Notes: generated by a model from the sequence alone, not told the origin. DNA of 63,998 bases, filler included, from Porpidia crustulata (GCA_964255105.1; 6 parts of 6 records of this genome joined end to end with filler, not necessarily neighbours in it), one strand, 5' to 3'. Positions 24,113-37,213 are shown, numbered from the whole stretch's first letter. Translations and numbers: made by a program.

Positions 24113-25098
24113 ATGTAGACTGTCAGCGTGTTCGTAATCATCTGGTGCATCTCTGATTTCAATCTATAGGAGGTTCATCGTCAGAGAGGACAAGCACACG
24201 GCGTCCAGCTATGTAGCAGAATACATCATCAGTGAGTAGTCGAATCCTCTGCTCGCCAACTCATGGAAGTTGAAACCAACATTGCGCTTGTCAAGAACGC
24301 ATCAATGACTTCGCCCCTACTTCTGATCGCCCTTTTGTCCTCGGTCTGCCCACTGGCAGCAGTCCTGAAGGCGTCTACGAACTTCTCGTCAAAGCCTACA
24401 AAGCCGGTCGCATCTCCTTCAAACATGTCGTGACTTTCAACATGGACGAGTACGTCGGGATCCCGCAGGACCACCCCGAAAGCTACCACAGCTTCATGTA
24501 CAAGCACTTCTTCAGCCACATCGACGTTCCCCCGAATCAGGTCCATATCCTCAACGGGAACGCGCCGGATCTGGATACCGAGTGCCAGCAGTACGAAGAA
24601 AAGATCGTCAAGTATGGAGGTATTGAGCTATTCCTGGGCGGGATCGGAACAGACGGCCACCTTGCATTCAATGAGCCTGGATCTTCGCTGGCGTCACGCA
24701 CCCGGGTCAAAACTCTGACCTATGAAACGGTGCTGGCAAATGCTCGATTCTTCGAAAACGACATTGCCCAGGTCCCTCGCCAAGCGTTGACCGTTGGAAT
24801 TGCCACAGTCATTGCTGCCCATGAAGTCGTCATCATCATCCTCGGGCAGCACAAGGCTCTGGCTGTGCAGAAATGTCTCGAGGAGGGAGTAAACCATATG
24901 TGGACACTGACGTGTCTGCAACTACATCCACATCCACTGATTGTGGTCGATGAAGAGGCAACCAGCGAGTTGAGGGTTAAAACGGTCAAGTATTTCAAGA
25001 GTATTGACCAATCTGCGCAGGAGCTGGGGGTGGATCAGAAGATCCCGAGGGCGTCGGCGAAGTCATTCAAAGGGACTGTGAACGGTAACGGCGTTTGA
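24113..25098 (+). CDS. NAG1: Glucosamine-6-phosphate deaminase
   Basis: [42 protein letters not shown]; the start codon appears split AT|G by intron 24115-24169; second intron ends 24295. Confidence 0.95.
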
Positions 25099-25340
25099 AA
25101 ACTCTTGAGCCTCATTCAGTTAATTCGAGGAAGCATGTAGGAAGCTATCGTGTGCGCTAGCTTTTCTAGGCGGCCAGTCTAATTACGCTTTCTTCTTACA
25201 GCATGTCTCTGCAAAATTGTCTCCGTAGACTGTCCGTAACTACAATTGAAAGACGTCTGCTCACTTTACGGTGGATAACATAATGACTTGTGTGTAGCGC
25301 ATGCACCTATAGTAGATGAACAGCCCGAAGAAGGTGAATC

Positions 25341-25994
25341 TTAAACAGTAGCATCAAAAAGCGCTATCATTCCTGTATGGATCCCTGGTGTTGTGAACCA
25401 GAGGACGAAAAAAATACTTTGTGGCTCAGTGACTATGGTGATTGGAACGGACCCCGAGGCAGATCCCGGAAAGACGGAGGATATCAGCAATTGTTGGCCA
25501 TCAGACAGTATTCGGAAGGCTAGGAGTTGAGCAACTGGAGAAAATGAGCACCAAGCGAACCTGTATCTCATAAACGGGTAAACCCGTGCCTGATGGGTGG
25601 TTGTGCTACCGATGCCTCTGGTCATGAAAGGAGCCGATGCAAGTAAGCGGCAGTGTGCACCTACTGCTACCGTTTGTCGGGAGGTCAGGTCGTTGGTTGA
25701 ACCATTGACTAGAGGCGCGTCTCGAGAAGTTGGGCCGGACAAGTCCATGAAACTCGGCTTGCTGGCTGTAAGACCCCCGGCCCATGGATTATCTGCGCTT
25801 TGGGGGCACGACTGAGGTCCGTAATGATCCGGATATGGTGGCTGACAAGTGGCTCCAAGACTTTGGACAGCCGAAGGTTTTGCCAAAAGCGACGTGCTGT
25901 CAGTCGTTGCTGGTAAGGCGAGGCTAAGGGAGAAAAGGGTAGACAAGGCGGCGACTAGAGAAAACATATGGGCAACAGCTTTTAGATACATCAT
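25341..25994 (-). CDS. Small secreted protein of unknown function (217 aa)
   Basis: Intronless ATG ORF; signal peptide ending SLA-LP; S/T/P-rich pro-like region; beta-rich C-terminal part; 4 Cys. Confidence 0.7.
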   Translation of the reverse strand: MMYLKAVAHMFSLVAALSTLFSLSLALPATTDSTSLLAKPSAVQSLGATCQPPYPDHYGPQSCPQSADNPWAGGLTASKPSFMDLSGPTSRDAPLVNGSTNDLTSRQTVAVGAHCRLLASAPFMTRGIGSTTTHQARVYPFMRYRFAWCSFSPVAQLLAFRILSDGQQLLISSVFPGSASGSVPITIVTEPQSIFFVLWFTTPGIHTGMIALFDATV

Positions 25995-26859
25995 GTTTGG
26001 ATGAGTTTTTCTTTAGGTCCTGGAGTAACGGCGAAGAGAAATGGCCAAGCTGATCGTTCTTTAGGTGCCGTGGGTGCTTTCTGTCAGTCTTGATCTCCAG
26101 ACGCTGCGGAGCTCCATTTTATGGCCGACGCAGGCTATTCAACATCGTCCTCGATGGTCTGAGCGTACTATCCGACAAAGGTACCATGATCCACATCTCA
26201 ACATGGACTATGTTTCGCGATTCCAACGAACAACATCGCGCATAGATGTAAGGACTTCAATTGATGCTGGAGCGCGGATGGCAAATGCGAAAATGTCTGA
26301 TCCCAACGCATGCCATTATTCACATTCGCGATGCGCCAATCATGCTAGGTAAACACCATGTTGAGCCAGATTGAGGGCATCACCTGGACGTAGAGAATAA
26401 TTGCATATACAGTAAATGGAGAACAGACCCAGGGAATAGTTCAAAGTATGGGAATGGCGAATTTGCGATGGAACGTGTGTCTAGAGACTTGCGCCTCGAA
26501 CTACCTAGGCTACATTATCTTTCAGACAAGGACACACAAGGGCTAAAGTCGCAGAACATTCTGCAACTATGCAGTATATTGAGGCTCGATCCTTGATTGG
26601 GACTAGCTTTTGGAATGCCCAATTAGTTGCTCGCGAGAAAGCAATAACGCTCTTAGTGAAACAGTAAGTCATGTGTCACCATGACTGTTGAAGATTGAGT
26701 GCATCTACATTGTACACGGATGGCAAATTACTATTGACATTGCCCCAACGGAAAAGCTTTCCCAAATCTATTTATCCTCGAACCCGTTTCCGCCCCGAAC
26801 GAAGCGACTGTACCAAATCATCCATGGACATAAACCCAGCTTCCATCAAGGTTCCTGCT

Positions 26860-27582
26860 TTACTCATCCTTCACACCCCCTGCCCCCGTTTTTTCAGCCA
26901 TCTCCACGCTCTTCTTGTCCGCCTTTGGATCCCCTTGGCCCATTCCCATTATCCCTCCAGCCGCCTTCCATGGCCTCTTCAAATCCCCAATCGCGGGTTC
27001 CCCAAATAGATGGATTTTGACAAGATTTCCTTCGAAAGCGCCCTTCAACGGGATGATGCTCTGGATTAATAGAGGGTTGGTGTATTTGAGATAGAGGTGC
27101 ATGAAACCCATCATGCCAATGCCCATGAGCTGCGATTTCCAGAGGGCGCGCAGTTGTTGGGTATCGTACGCGTGGACTGTAGTGGTGACGAGTTTGGGCT
27201 CTTCAGCCGAGCCCATTGGGGCGGGTTCCACATACTTCAAGGTCGTGAGGTCTGTTGAGAAACAACTTTAGCTAATGCATGATGCGCGGTTGACCTTTCG
27301 ATCACTACCTTTTTTCTGATTAATCTTGTTCTGTAGGTAGAGATATACGCCGACGATGAGGAGATTTGAGACAGCATATAGAATGCGGACACCCATGAGG
27401 ACTTGAGGGTCTTCGAATGGGATCTTCTTCGAGACTTGCATCATACCAAGGATGATCACCAGGTTGGTGCTATGAGACAAAGAGGCACGTTAGTACGGTT
27501 CATTCTTGGGTTGGTAGGCTGCGACGAGACGAGGATAGAAGTTGGTGGTATGAACGTACATCTGCGGACTAACACCCATCAT
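26860..27582 (-). CDS. PHO88: SRP-independent targeting protein Snd3/Pho88
   Basis: NLVIILGMMQVSKKIPFEDP, DLTTLKYVEP, MHLYLKYTNPLLIQSIIPLK, GDLKRPWK; two introns. Confidence 0.93.
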
Positions 27583-28140
27583 GGCCGACGTATGATCGCT
27601 TTAACTAGTTGGAAGAGAGTATAACTTTGTCGTGACGCAGAGAACAGGTTGTTGCGAGAGGGTAACCAAGTTGACAGTTTGCGCAACGATATGGAGTACG
27701 TGTGAGGAAAGAAATTATAACGGCTAAGCTCGCCGTCATAAAGAATAAGCAATTTGGGCTGGAAACGGGGAATTTTACCCGAGAGTACCCGAAATAAGTA
27801 GAAGGGTGGATGAACTTACCAAGACTAAAGTTCACTATCCCACAAATATCTTGTAATGATCGAGAATTTCTTTGGTTTTCTACTCCATGTTTCCCTAAGA
27901 ACAATCCATAACTACCTTCATTGAGTCATTCTCGTCCTCTTCTAGACATTTGCATGCCTGAACTATCTAGAACCGCTGAAAATGAAACTGACGAAGCCAC
28001 CGCTAAAACAATCTGATGCGATCAAAGAGAATTGGGTTCGATCAAGTAGAGACGTGAGGAAAACCAAGCCACATAATAAGCCGTATGTTATCCTCATGCC
28101 AAAGGAATGACCCAAACCCCGAGCATTCAATGCCATTAGC

Positions 28141-29922
28141 CTAGTACTCTGCTTCACCACCCTCCTCTCCCTCAATCGAGTCAGTAGCCACCTCTTCATA
28201 GTCTCTCTCTAAAGCAGCCAAGTCCTCACGAGCTTCGGAAAACTCTCCTTCTTCCATTCCTTCACCAACGTACCAGTGGACAAAGGCGCGCTTTGAGTAC
28301 ATTAGATCAAACTTGTGAGACAAAGCAGACCAGGCTTCGGCAATAGCAGTGGTGTTGGACAACATGCAACTGTCACGGGTCAGTCTGAGGTAATCAAGGG
28401 AATGATATAGTTAAGCTATCACTCACACAGCACGGTTGACTTTGGCCAGATCACCGTTGGGTACCATTTGTGGCGGCTGGTAGCAAATCCCAATTTTGAA
28501 ACCAGTTGGGCACCAATCAACAAATTGAATGGTACGTTTCGTCTTCAGTGTAGCAACAGCACCATGCACGTCGTTTGGTACAACATCTCCACGGTACAGT
28601 AAGCACGTGGCCATATATTTGCCGTTGCGAGGATCGCATTTGACCATCTGGTTATTTGGCTCGAAGCAAGACATGGAGATCTCTTGAACCGAATTTGCCT
28701 CGTGCGATGCCTTAGCCGCGGACACAACCGGGGCGTAGGCAACAAGAGGGAAATGAATACGAGGATAGGGTACTAAGTTTGTCTGAAATTCGTTGAGATC
28801 GACATTTAGGGAGCCGTCGAAACGAAGAGAGGCGGTAATAGAAGAGACGACTGAAAGAAATTAGCATTGGCCAATCTTGACGTGTCAAAAAGGACATACC
28901 CTGAGCAATCAGGCGGTTCAGATTCTCGTAATTAGGTCGCTCGATCCCGAGGTTTCTGCGGCAGATATCATAGATAGCCTCGTTATCGACCATAAAACTA
29001 CAGTCGGAATGCTCAAGAGTGGTGTGGGTGGTAAGGATAGAGTTGTAGGGCTCGACCACGGAGGTAGCAACCTGGGGTGCTGGATAGACGCAGAATTCCA
29101 ATTTGCACTTCTTGCCATAATCGACAGAGAGGCGTTCCATGAGAAGAGCACCAAAGCCGGATCCGGTTCCTCCACCAAAGGAGTGGAATACCAGAAAACC
29201 CTGGAGACCACTGCAGTTATCGGCAACTCGACGGACCTTGTCCAAAACCTGGTCGATCAATTCCTTCCCAACAGTATAATGCCCACGAGCGTAATTGTTC
29301 GATGCATCTTCCTTGCCTGTGATCATCTGCTCCGGGTGAAAGAGATCTCGGTAAGTACCGGTGCGAACTTCGTCAACGACATTGGGTTCGAGGTCGCAGT
29401 AGATGGTACGAGGCACGTACTTGCCGTTACCTAACCGATACAGATGTATTAGTCTTGATAGAGCCCATTTACTGTTATCTTCTTGGCCTACCTGTTTCGG
29501 AGAAAAAAGTGCTGAAGCCCTGGTCAGGATCCAAAGCTTTTCGCTCCTCAGTCAGATAACCGTCGGGCTGTAGGTAGAAACCGCGTCAGTAAGGAATTGT
29601 CAATAACGGCTGTTATCTTGTAAATCAAAATGAACAGATATCGTACCTGAATGCCATGTTCCAAGCAGTAGAGCTGTTTGTTTACACTTTAGCTATGCCC
29701 TTAAATCTCAACCCTAGCAATGGGCCGTTTCGAGCAAAGTATAGATTTGGTTCATGGATGGCGTCGTGGCTCACCTCCCAGCAGGAATTTGCGATTTGGC
29801 ACCCCGCTTGCCCAACTATACGCGTAAAGAAGTCAGTGAAAGATGATGGTGGTGGAAAAGCATCTCGCAGATTTGCGTGACGCGGGTGCAAACAAACCAT
29901 TCAAACTAATGACTTCTCTCAT
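28141..29922 (-). CDS. TUB1: Alpha-tubulin (tubA type)
   Basis: [42 protein letters not shown]-terminal EEGGEAEY; multiple introns. Confidence 0.98.
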
Positions 29923-31334
29923 GATGAAATGAGAAAAACTCTATCTGGCGGACACCTCACTATACTTGGTGAAGTAATAAAGGGCAGGACGAGCGAGGAT
30001 TGTTGTTGAGCGATCTGTATGAGAGTATGGGAGGGACAGAAGTTTTGTGTGGGTGTTGCTGTCTTAGATTGTTGTTGTTCCCTGCCCAGGAGACGCGCTA
30101 ATGCAGTAGGCGAAAAGGGTAAGCGCGGAAACAGGGGTCAAGACCAAACAGAGGCATCTCACAAGCAGATATCTTTCGAGTACAACGACTGACATATGAC
30201 AGATTCATTGCAGAATAGCTTCAGCAACTTATCACTCCCAGTTCTGATCGAGCTCCATTACTTTCTACAGGGCTTTGAGAGATCAATCGAGATGTCTTTG
30301 AATTATACGTCCAATCTATGTGCGCAGTCCAACTGCTCATCATTGTATCGCCCACCACAGCTTGATTTATATTCATGATGTCGTCTATGCAGATGCGCGA
30401 TTCCCTCCTGCCATTAAACTATCAGTCCAAGTATCATTGTTGTACACAGCACTGGAAGCAGCCGATATAGAGGCTCATCTACTTTCTAGTGAATATATCT
30501 CAAGGAATGTGTTACTCTGTACTACAAGAGCTTTTCTTGATATAAGCGTCAACTTTCCTCCTCGGATTTCTAGACGCAAATGACAGCTGCCGCACTAAGG
30601 CGCTGAGCGATGGAATGCTCTGTTGAAGAACTTTGGCAGACTTCCTTGGGGTTGCGTGTGGTGGCCTTTTTTGATTCCCAAATCTTTTGATAGATAGAAT
30701 CTATTGCGCATTCAGCATGCGGGACACCAAATTGTTGTCTGCGAGTTCCTTAGGCACAAGATGTTGATGTAACAGCTTGATGCTTCGTCTCCAATTATGG
30801 TATCATCTAGATCCGCCTTAGGGAAAAGGATAGTGGGCACTATCGCAGGATTCAAGAAGTATTCCGATTGCTTTTTTGATTTTGACTTGGTTGAATGATT
30901 TGGGCGTCATCTACGGAATTTCTCTCAGTTCAGGGCTACCACAAGGGTCGAGGATGTGTTTATTGCCAGTTTTTATTTGCAAGAAGGCTATCTGGTAAAT
31001 AAAAAACTTTGAATAACTCAGATTAGAATAGACAATGCTCCTGTTGCATATTTCTCGACCATGTAAATCCAAGACTTTGGGACTTAGAAATTCTAAATCG
31101 TACACACAACCTATCAACGATCAATGCATTTATTAATCTTACGGTTGATGTTGTTCTTGAAGCGGATTCGCCATGGAGTCAGCTTAGATTCTTAGATAAA
31201 GCGGCGGCTGTATCAATTGGCGACACTCAAGTTTCTCTCCCAAACCTTTTGATGTTATTGTAGAATTGACAAAGCCCCGACTTTTCAGCAACCCAGAACA
31301 AAGTAGTCTCTCATGATGTCTTGAGTCCAAGGAG

Positions 31335-32228
31335 ATGTGGACACTCGCATTACTTGTGACGTTGTCCTTGCGCACGCTCTCGGTTTTGGCCAATGTTGAG
31401 AAGACCATCTTCCTTGGCCCCGAGGCCATCCACATTCCCAACGCACATCCAAACCTTGCAGACCTTCATTTGGATATACTAACACCAGTACATTGGAGTA
31501 TTCGACGTCAACTTATAGCAAGTTTTCCAAATTCCACGAACCCAAAGGGTATCGAAACATGGATGCTGCTCGACGGACTTGAGCAAGATCGAAGGTACGA
31601 AGTACGCACCTGCTGGGTGGCCACGGTGAGTTTGACGAACTTTCAATGATATCGGCTAATGCTACGAGTATTTGATGGCTTTGGGTTCTACTATGTAATT
31701 ACTTTCATACTTGTACTTATTGTTGACTACGAATTAGCAACCGACCGCATTCACCCTGGATACGTTCACACTTCCCGAAGTCTTCAACACTCCAGATTTG
31801 ACATCCTCACTTGCGACATATTCCGAATCACGAGATTTCTTTCCAGTGGATGATCACAACAGTCAAGGTCCTCATGACTCTATGATACAAGATTACAAAT
31901 TTTCAACTCTCTTTCTCAGAATTGAAGCCGCCGCGGATTACTTTTCGTTGAACAAGACCCTTATGAGAAATGTACCCCTAGTCACCGTCGATATCAGTAA
32001 GGTCACGTGCTCAACGTTCAAACCCCTAGATACTAACACCACGAACAAGTCCTTGACCCCTTTCTCCTCAACATCCTCCCCAGGACCCTCCTCCCCACGG
32101 CAATTTACATTGCCATCATCGCCATCTTCGCCTGGTATATCTCCGGCCTGGTCTGGAGCTTCATACGCGATATCGCCCTATTAGGCGAAACCCAACCAAT
32201 AATCCCCGACGTCAAAAAGCAGAACTAA
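31335..32228 (+). CDS. PGA1: GPI-mannosyltransferase II co-activator (Pga1-like)
   Basis: Signal peptide followed by ANVEKTIFLGP, RYEVRTCWVATQPTAF, LRIEAAADYFS, VDIILDPFLLNILPRTL and a C-terminal TM helix; two introns. Confidence 0.8.
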
Positions 32229-32300
32229 CATCATGCCCTGTGCTGCCGCCGCCGCCGCCGTCGACCCAGTGACCCCCTGCCCTTGCCCCCACTGCTTCAC

Positions 32301-32400
32301 NNNNNNNNNNNNNNNNNNNNNNNNNNNNNNNNNNNNNNNNNNNNTTAATTAATTAANNNNNNNNNNNNNNNNNNNNNNNNNNNNNNNNNNNNNNNNNNNN
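32301..32400. other. Artificial contig linker
   Basis: N44-TTAATTAATTAA-N44. Confidence 0.99.
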
Positions 32401-32424
32401 GTTTAGGGTTGAGAGGTAGGACAT
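32401..32424 (-). CDS. Possible first codons (MSYLSTLN) of a gene cut by the contig end
   Basis: CAAAAAATG in good context after a C/A-rich leader-like tract; too short to identify. Confidence 0.3.
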
Positions 32425-32792
32425 TTTTTGATGGGGGGAGGGGAGGGGGGCTGGAGGTGTTGGTGGATGGAAATGGTTGTGGTTGTGGCTTTGCGTGGGT
32501 TTTCAAGGGTGGCTGCGGGGTTGTTGGAGGTGTGGCTTGAGGGAGTCAGCCACTCGCTGACGACAATTACCCTAACCCTAGCACAGCTATACTTCCACAA
32601 TTAACTTATTCACTCAAGCGTGATAATTTTAATTCCAAGATTGATGATAAAACTAACACGATTATCATGTGTAGAACAATCACTCGCAAGGCTTATTTTT
32701 ACAGATTTTGACCAAGCGATCCAACAGGTTACTAAATAGGTATCTAGACGCTTGTATTCGGCTCAGACCTCCAAACGCTCCCTTTGATTTCT

Positions 32793-34297
32793 TTACTTCT
32801 TGTTGCTGGGTCTCTGTCCGTATGACTTGGTAGCATAGTCACCCTGGTAACAAATGAGATCAGCAGGTCGGTAGTCGTGTTTCCCGGAGAAGTAGGATTC
32901 CAAGATAGCCTTGGTGCCATCTGCGTAGCGCTTCTGCGCATCGATCGATGTACCGGACATGTGGGGTACCATGGCGTTTCCTCCACCGAAGGGGTTCTTT
33001 GCGTAACGTAGCGGGTGGTCCTTGGGCGCGGGCTGAGGGAACCAAACGTCACCTCCGTACCCACGGAGGTGACCTGACTTGAGAGCCTCGGCAACATCTT
33101 CCTTGACAACGATAGCTCCTCGGGCGGTGTTGACAAGCCACGAGCCTACAACATAAGTCAGTGGTGTGAATGGCGTTCTCAGCTAATTCACGCACCCTTC
33201 TTCATCTTGGAGAGCATTTCCTTGTTGAACATGCCACGGGTCTTCTCATGCAACGGGCAATTGATAGTAACAACATCGCATTGGCCCAACATCTCTTCAA
33301 GAGTATCGACGCGTCTGCATCCGATTTCCTTCTCAATCTCAGGCTTGAGGGGCTGGTAGTCAAAGTACAATAATTCCTTGCAGTCAAAGGGCTTGAGTCT
33401 TCGTAGGACACGCTCGCCAATACGTCCGACAGCGACGGTACCGACGACCTTGCCCTCGAGATCGAACTCATTCTTGGCACATGCGGCAACGTCCCAGTCC
33501 CCGGCCTGGATTTGCTCGTGAGCAGGGACAAAGTTGCGGACCAAAGTAAGAATAGTCATGATGACGTGCTCGGCAACAGATACGACGTTGGAGCCCGTGA
33601 CTTCGGCAACGGTAACACCGCCATTAGTCTTGTTGGCAGCATTCAGGTCGACGTGGTCCGACCCGATACCGGCGGTAACAGCGATCTTGAGCTTCTTTGC
33701 CTTGGCAAGGCGCTCGGCGGTGAGATACCCTGGGTGGAAGCTGTAAGGATGGAACATTAGTTCTCAATTGGCTAAGCAACACCCCCATCAGCTTCAATGG
33801 TTGGCTGTGGAAGCGCTTACGGCGTGGTAATGATGACTTCTGCATCGACCAGTTCCTGATCGAACTTGGAGTTCTCACCCTCCTTGTCAGAAGTTGTGAC
33901 CAATGTGTGACCCTGGTCTTCTAGCCATTTACGGATACCAAGCTCATTCTCGGTGGTCCCGAGCAGCTCGGGCACTTGCTTTGAGTGCTCATGGCCCTGG
34001 TTCCTTCATCAGCCACGTACTTCAAGCCGTTGCCATTGAAGGCAGACTGCAGTGGAGTTTGTGAGGTCAAGGAACTTACATCGTACAGGACGAGCAAAAC
34101 TTTCGACTGGTTTCGCGAATTGTTAGCGGAACGTCCATAATGAGGTCGGCTGGGGGAGGGTGAACCTGGCGTCGAGAGGTCGCAGTTAGCGTCCGTACCC
34201 CACCTAAACAGCCTCTGCCGGCCAGAGGAACCACCCTCTGATTGAGAAGGGAGGAGGTTGGCCGAGACAGGCGGGAAATGGAACGAGCAAATACCAT
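32793..34297 (-). CDS. FDH1: NAD-dependent formate dehydrogenase, with optional N-terminal presequence
   Basis: [59 protein letters not shown]; several introns. Confidence 0.97.
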
Positions 34298-37213
34298 TGT
34301 GAAGTGCGCTTGATCAACTGCTATATTTTGTAGAGGTCAATTGCCTTTTAAACATCAGTAAAATGAGCTCCTAAGTGTGTGGTCCTGGCCGTGTGGCGTA
34401 GGTTGGGTAGGTAGCGGGGAAAGCGACTCTGCGTACGTCACAACGAGCTTCCGTAAATCCGACGTCACTTCGAATTGTATCTGGGTTTTAATGAGGAATA
34501 GTGGTTTTGCTAGAAGAGTGGGCGAGTAGACAGAGACAGAAAAGGTACGGGGAGGACTTGACTTATGAGGGAGAAAAGCAGAAGAAAAAATCGATTTCCT
34601 CGGTTAGATCTGACGCATGTACCACGAGGTGACGAGAAGTCCCATCAGTGTCCTCTAAGCATTTGCATACGGCAAAGCTGAGGTGTGCAACCAGTGACCA
34701 GTGACCTCAGATCGAGTAACTATTCCGAAAGTTGGAGTGTAATAGCTCGTAATGAGTAAGCCTTTGTGCTCCAATCCTGCAAAGCTACCCCGCGGAACCA
34801 AGTCCAGAACCCGCCGTTTCCAGGGCAAGCATCGTGACTTTACCTGGTTGCTGCGGGGTTGTTGCTAATGAGCGTTCATCCGGACGTTGATTCGCGGCAG
34901 ATCAAAAACATAGTCTCCGAGGACGTTGGCCAATTCTTCTTTTTTCGAAAAGAAAAGTTCCACCTTCGAATGAGGATTTTACATGTGACAGAATGCCCCA
35001 AATAAGCACTCGTAACAACTCTAAGAACCGTCCTCATCAACAGAGCGTCAACTAAGCCATTGTTCGTGTGCACCGTCGCTCAAGAGTATAAGTCTCACTG
35101 CCAAGAGAGATGGACGGATACCTGACCACGGGAATCGCGGGAATGATGAAAAGCCCTCTGACAAAGACCTGGTTTGCCTAGCAGTAAAGAAACTATGATG
35201 TGGAGACAACAACAGTGGTAGGGGCATTAGCGGCCAGTCCGGCTCTATCAAGCATGCCCCTACCGATAAATACTCAAGTGAATCGGCCCTAAGCAGTCAT
35301 GAGGATGTTGCAAAAATTCGGGTCGCCTTGGGCTGGGCAAGATCGTTTGGACTTTGGAGAGCATGGTATCGCTGTCGTTTGTAGTACGTGACGAGACACC
35401 TAGGGTGGAAGGATACGGTTGTTTTGAGCTAGCTTGCTTGATACAAAGCGCTTGGTTGGAAGCAAAGACGCCAGTGGCGAGGAAGGATAAATTTTGGCGA
35501 TTGAACAGAGAAAGAGAGAACAACCGCCCCAGGCGATGCAAGATTTCACTGCTGGGGATCGTGGTGGTTTGTTTAGGGAAGAAAAAGGCTTGATTGGCAA
35601 ACAAACCAAGGCCCCAGCACGACTTCAGAAAAGGAGATGGCGTCTTACAGACATTGTTTCACTCTTTGTGTCGAAAGGAAGTCACCCTGGCCATTTCCGA
35701 AGCTCGCAGCGGCGGGTTTTCAATTTCCCATGCACCGCCGATGGGTGTGGATGTTTGATATATGGCCTTAAAAGCCTCTCTCGACCTCCGGACTGAAAAA
35801 GATGTGCGCCAACATGAATCTATATACCCCGCCATATAGTGAATTTCAAAGCTGAACGGGCGACTTTCGATTTGGCGCTCCTCAACCTGTACTGGAAAAC
35901 TCCGTAGGATCTAGAATTAATAGCGTAGAGGTCACTGTTGGACCGGTTTGGTGATTTCGAGTACTACTGAAATTGTTGAAGCCACGAAATGCGCTTGTAA
36001 GTCTTACAGGGCTCGAGGCCTATTGAGGTTTTGTAGAGGGCTCTCAATTCAGAGTACGTACGCTCGGATCTATAGCGACAATTTTCAATAAGTCGAAGAG
36101 GCTCCATAATAGATGGCGAGCGAACTTTAACTGGTAGCCACCCCAGGCGAGTAGGATAACGATCGATTTTCCTGTAATTGGGCGACCTATATATTGCTGG
36201 AATTAAATCAGAGAAGCTCCTAGAAAGGCAGAGGCTATTTGTCTCCACCTGCTTCAATCTTGGCCTTCACTTGTACGCATGCCTCGATCACCGGCAGTGC
36301 CAAGAAAGAGCAGGCAATTGGCATTGCCTTGAAACGCAGAGATCATGATCAGACAAGAGCAGACATGAGAGGCAACCAAGAGCTTACGATACATAGGAGC
36401 GTGAGATAATGAATCAAGGAGTACTAAATAGCAGGAGATCCGTCACCCTTCGTGAGCGAGACTTTTGTCAGTAGGGAGACCGCGAAAATGAGGAATGAAA
36501 TCAAGCGCAATGCAGCAGACGTGGAGGCATAGTATGTAGAGACAACGCTCTAGCTCTTAAAGGTTTTGCCGAGCTGCAGGTACGAAAGACTCAGACGAGA
36601 TGAATCAATATTATTCTGTCAGGCATATGAAAACCAAACGAGAATGGCATCAGCCTAGCAGAGGAAATCACCAAATCCGGGTGTGGATGCTCCCAGCTTC
36701 TGAGCGCGGGTTTCTGCTGACTCTGGGGGTCACTCTTGATTGCTATTCGTTCTTGAAAATGAGCTAAGGTACATCTTCACGTGCCAGGCAAAAAAATCCA
36801 TACCGCGAAACTCGACTTCTACCAATACAAATCAGAATTGATGATTGTTTCAAGAAGATTTCTCGATGGATCTACGTAATCTGGCAGCGTATCGTTTTAA
36901 TCTTGTTGTTGTGTTGTTCATCATTTAATTTGATAGCATTTAGAAGACGTGTTCTATAGATGTAGTAGTAAATTTGATGATGTGGATGGGAAATAGATAT
37001 TTGCGGTAAGGATTTTATTGCCTTGCACGTGATCCTGTAGTTTTGTGACGATGTGCGGATAATGCGGGCTGCGAGGCACGGAGGCTCACCCATCCCTGTT
37101 TGCGCTAGTCCCCAGATTATTAGAGCTTTGTGTCCCTATGGAAAGGCTTCACCAGCATTGAGTCTTTGGCGTTAATCGGAATGCTTTTACTTCTGGATTA
37201 AATTTTAGTAGAC

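Noticed and set aside
32546..32580. Telomerase RNA template or true telomere
   Set aside because: Only two repeat units, internal to the contig; a long telomerase RNA would run antisense through FDH1 about 200 nt away, and no pseudoknot was recognised.
34400..37200. Hidden gene in the 2.9-kb FDH1/CWH41 divergent region
   Set aside because: Purine-rich fragments look faintly coding, but no coherent exon chain or known motif was found.
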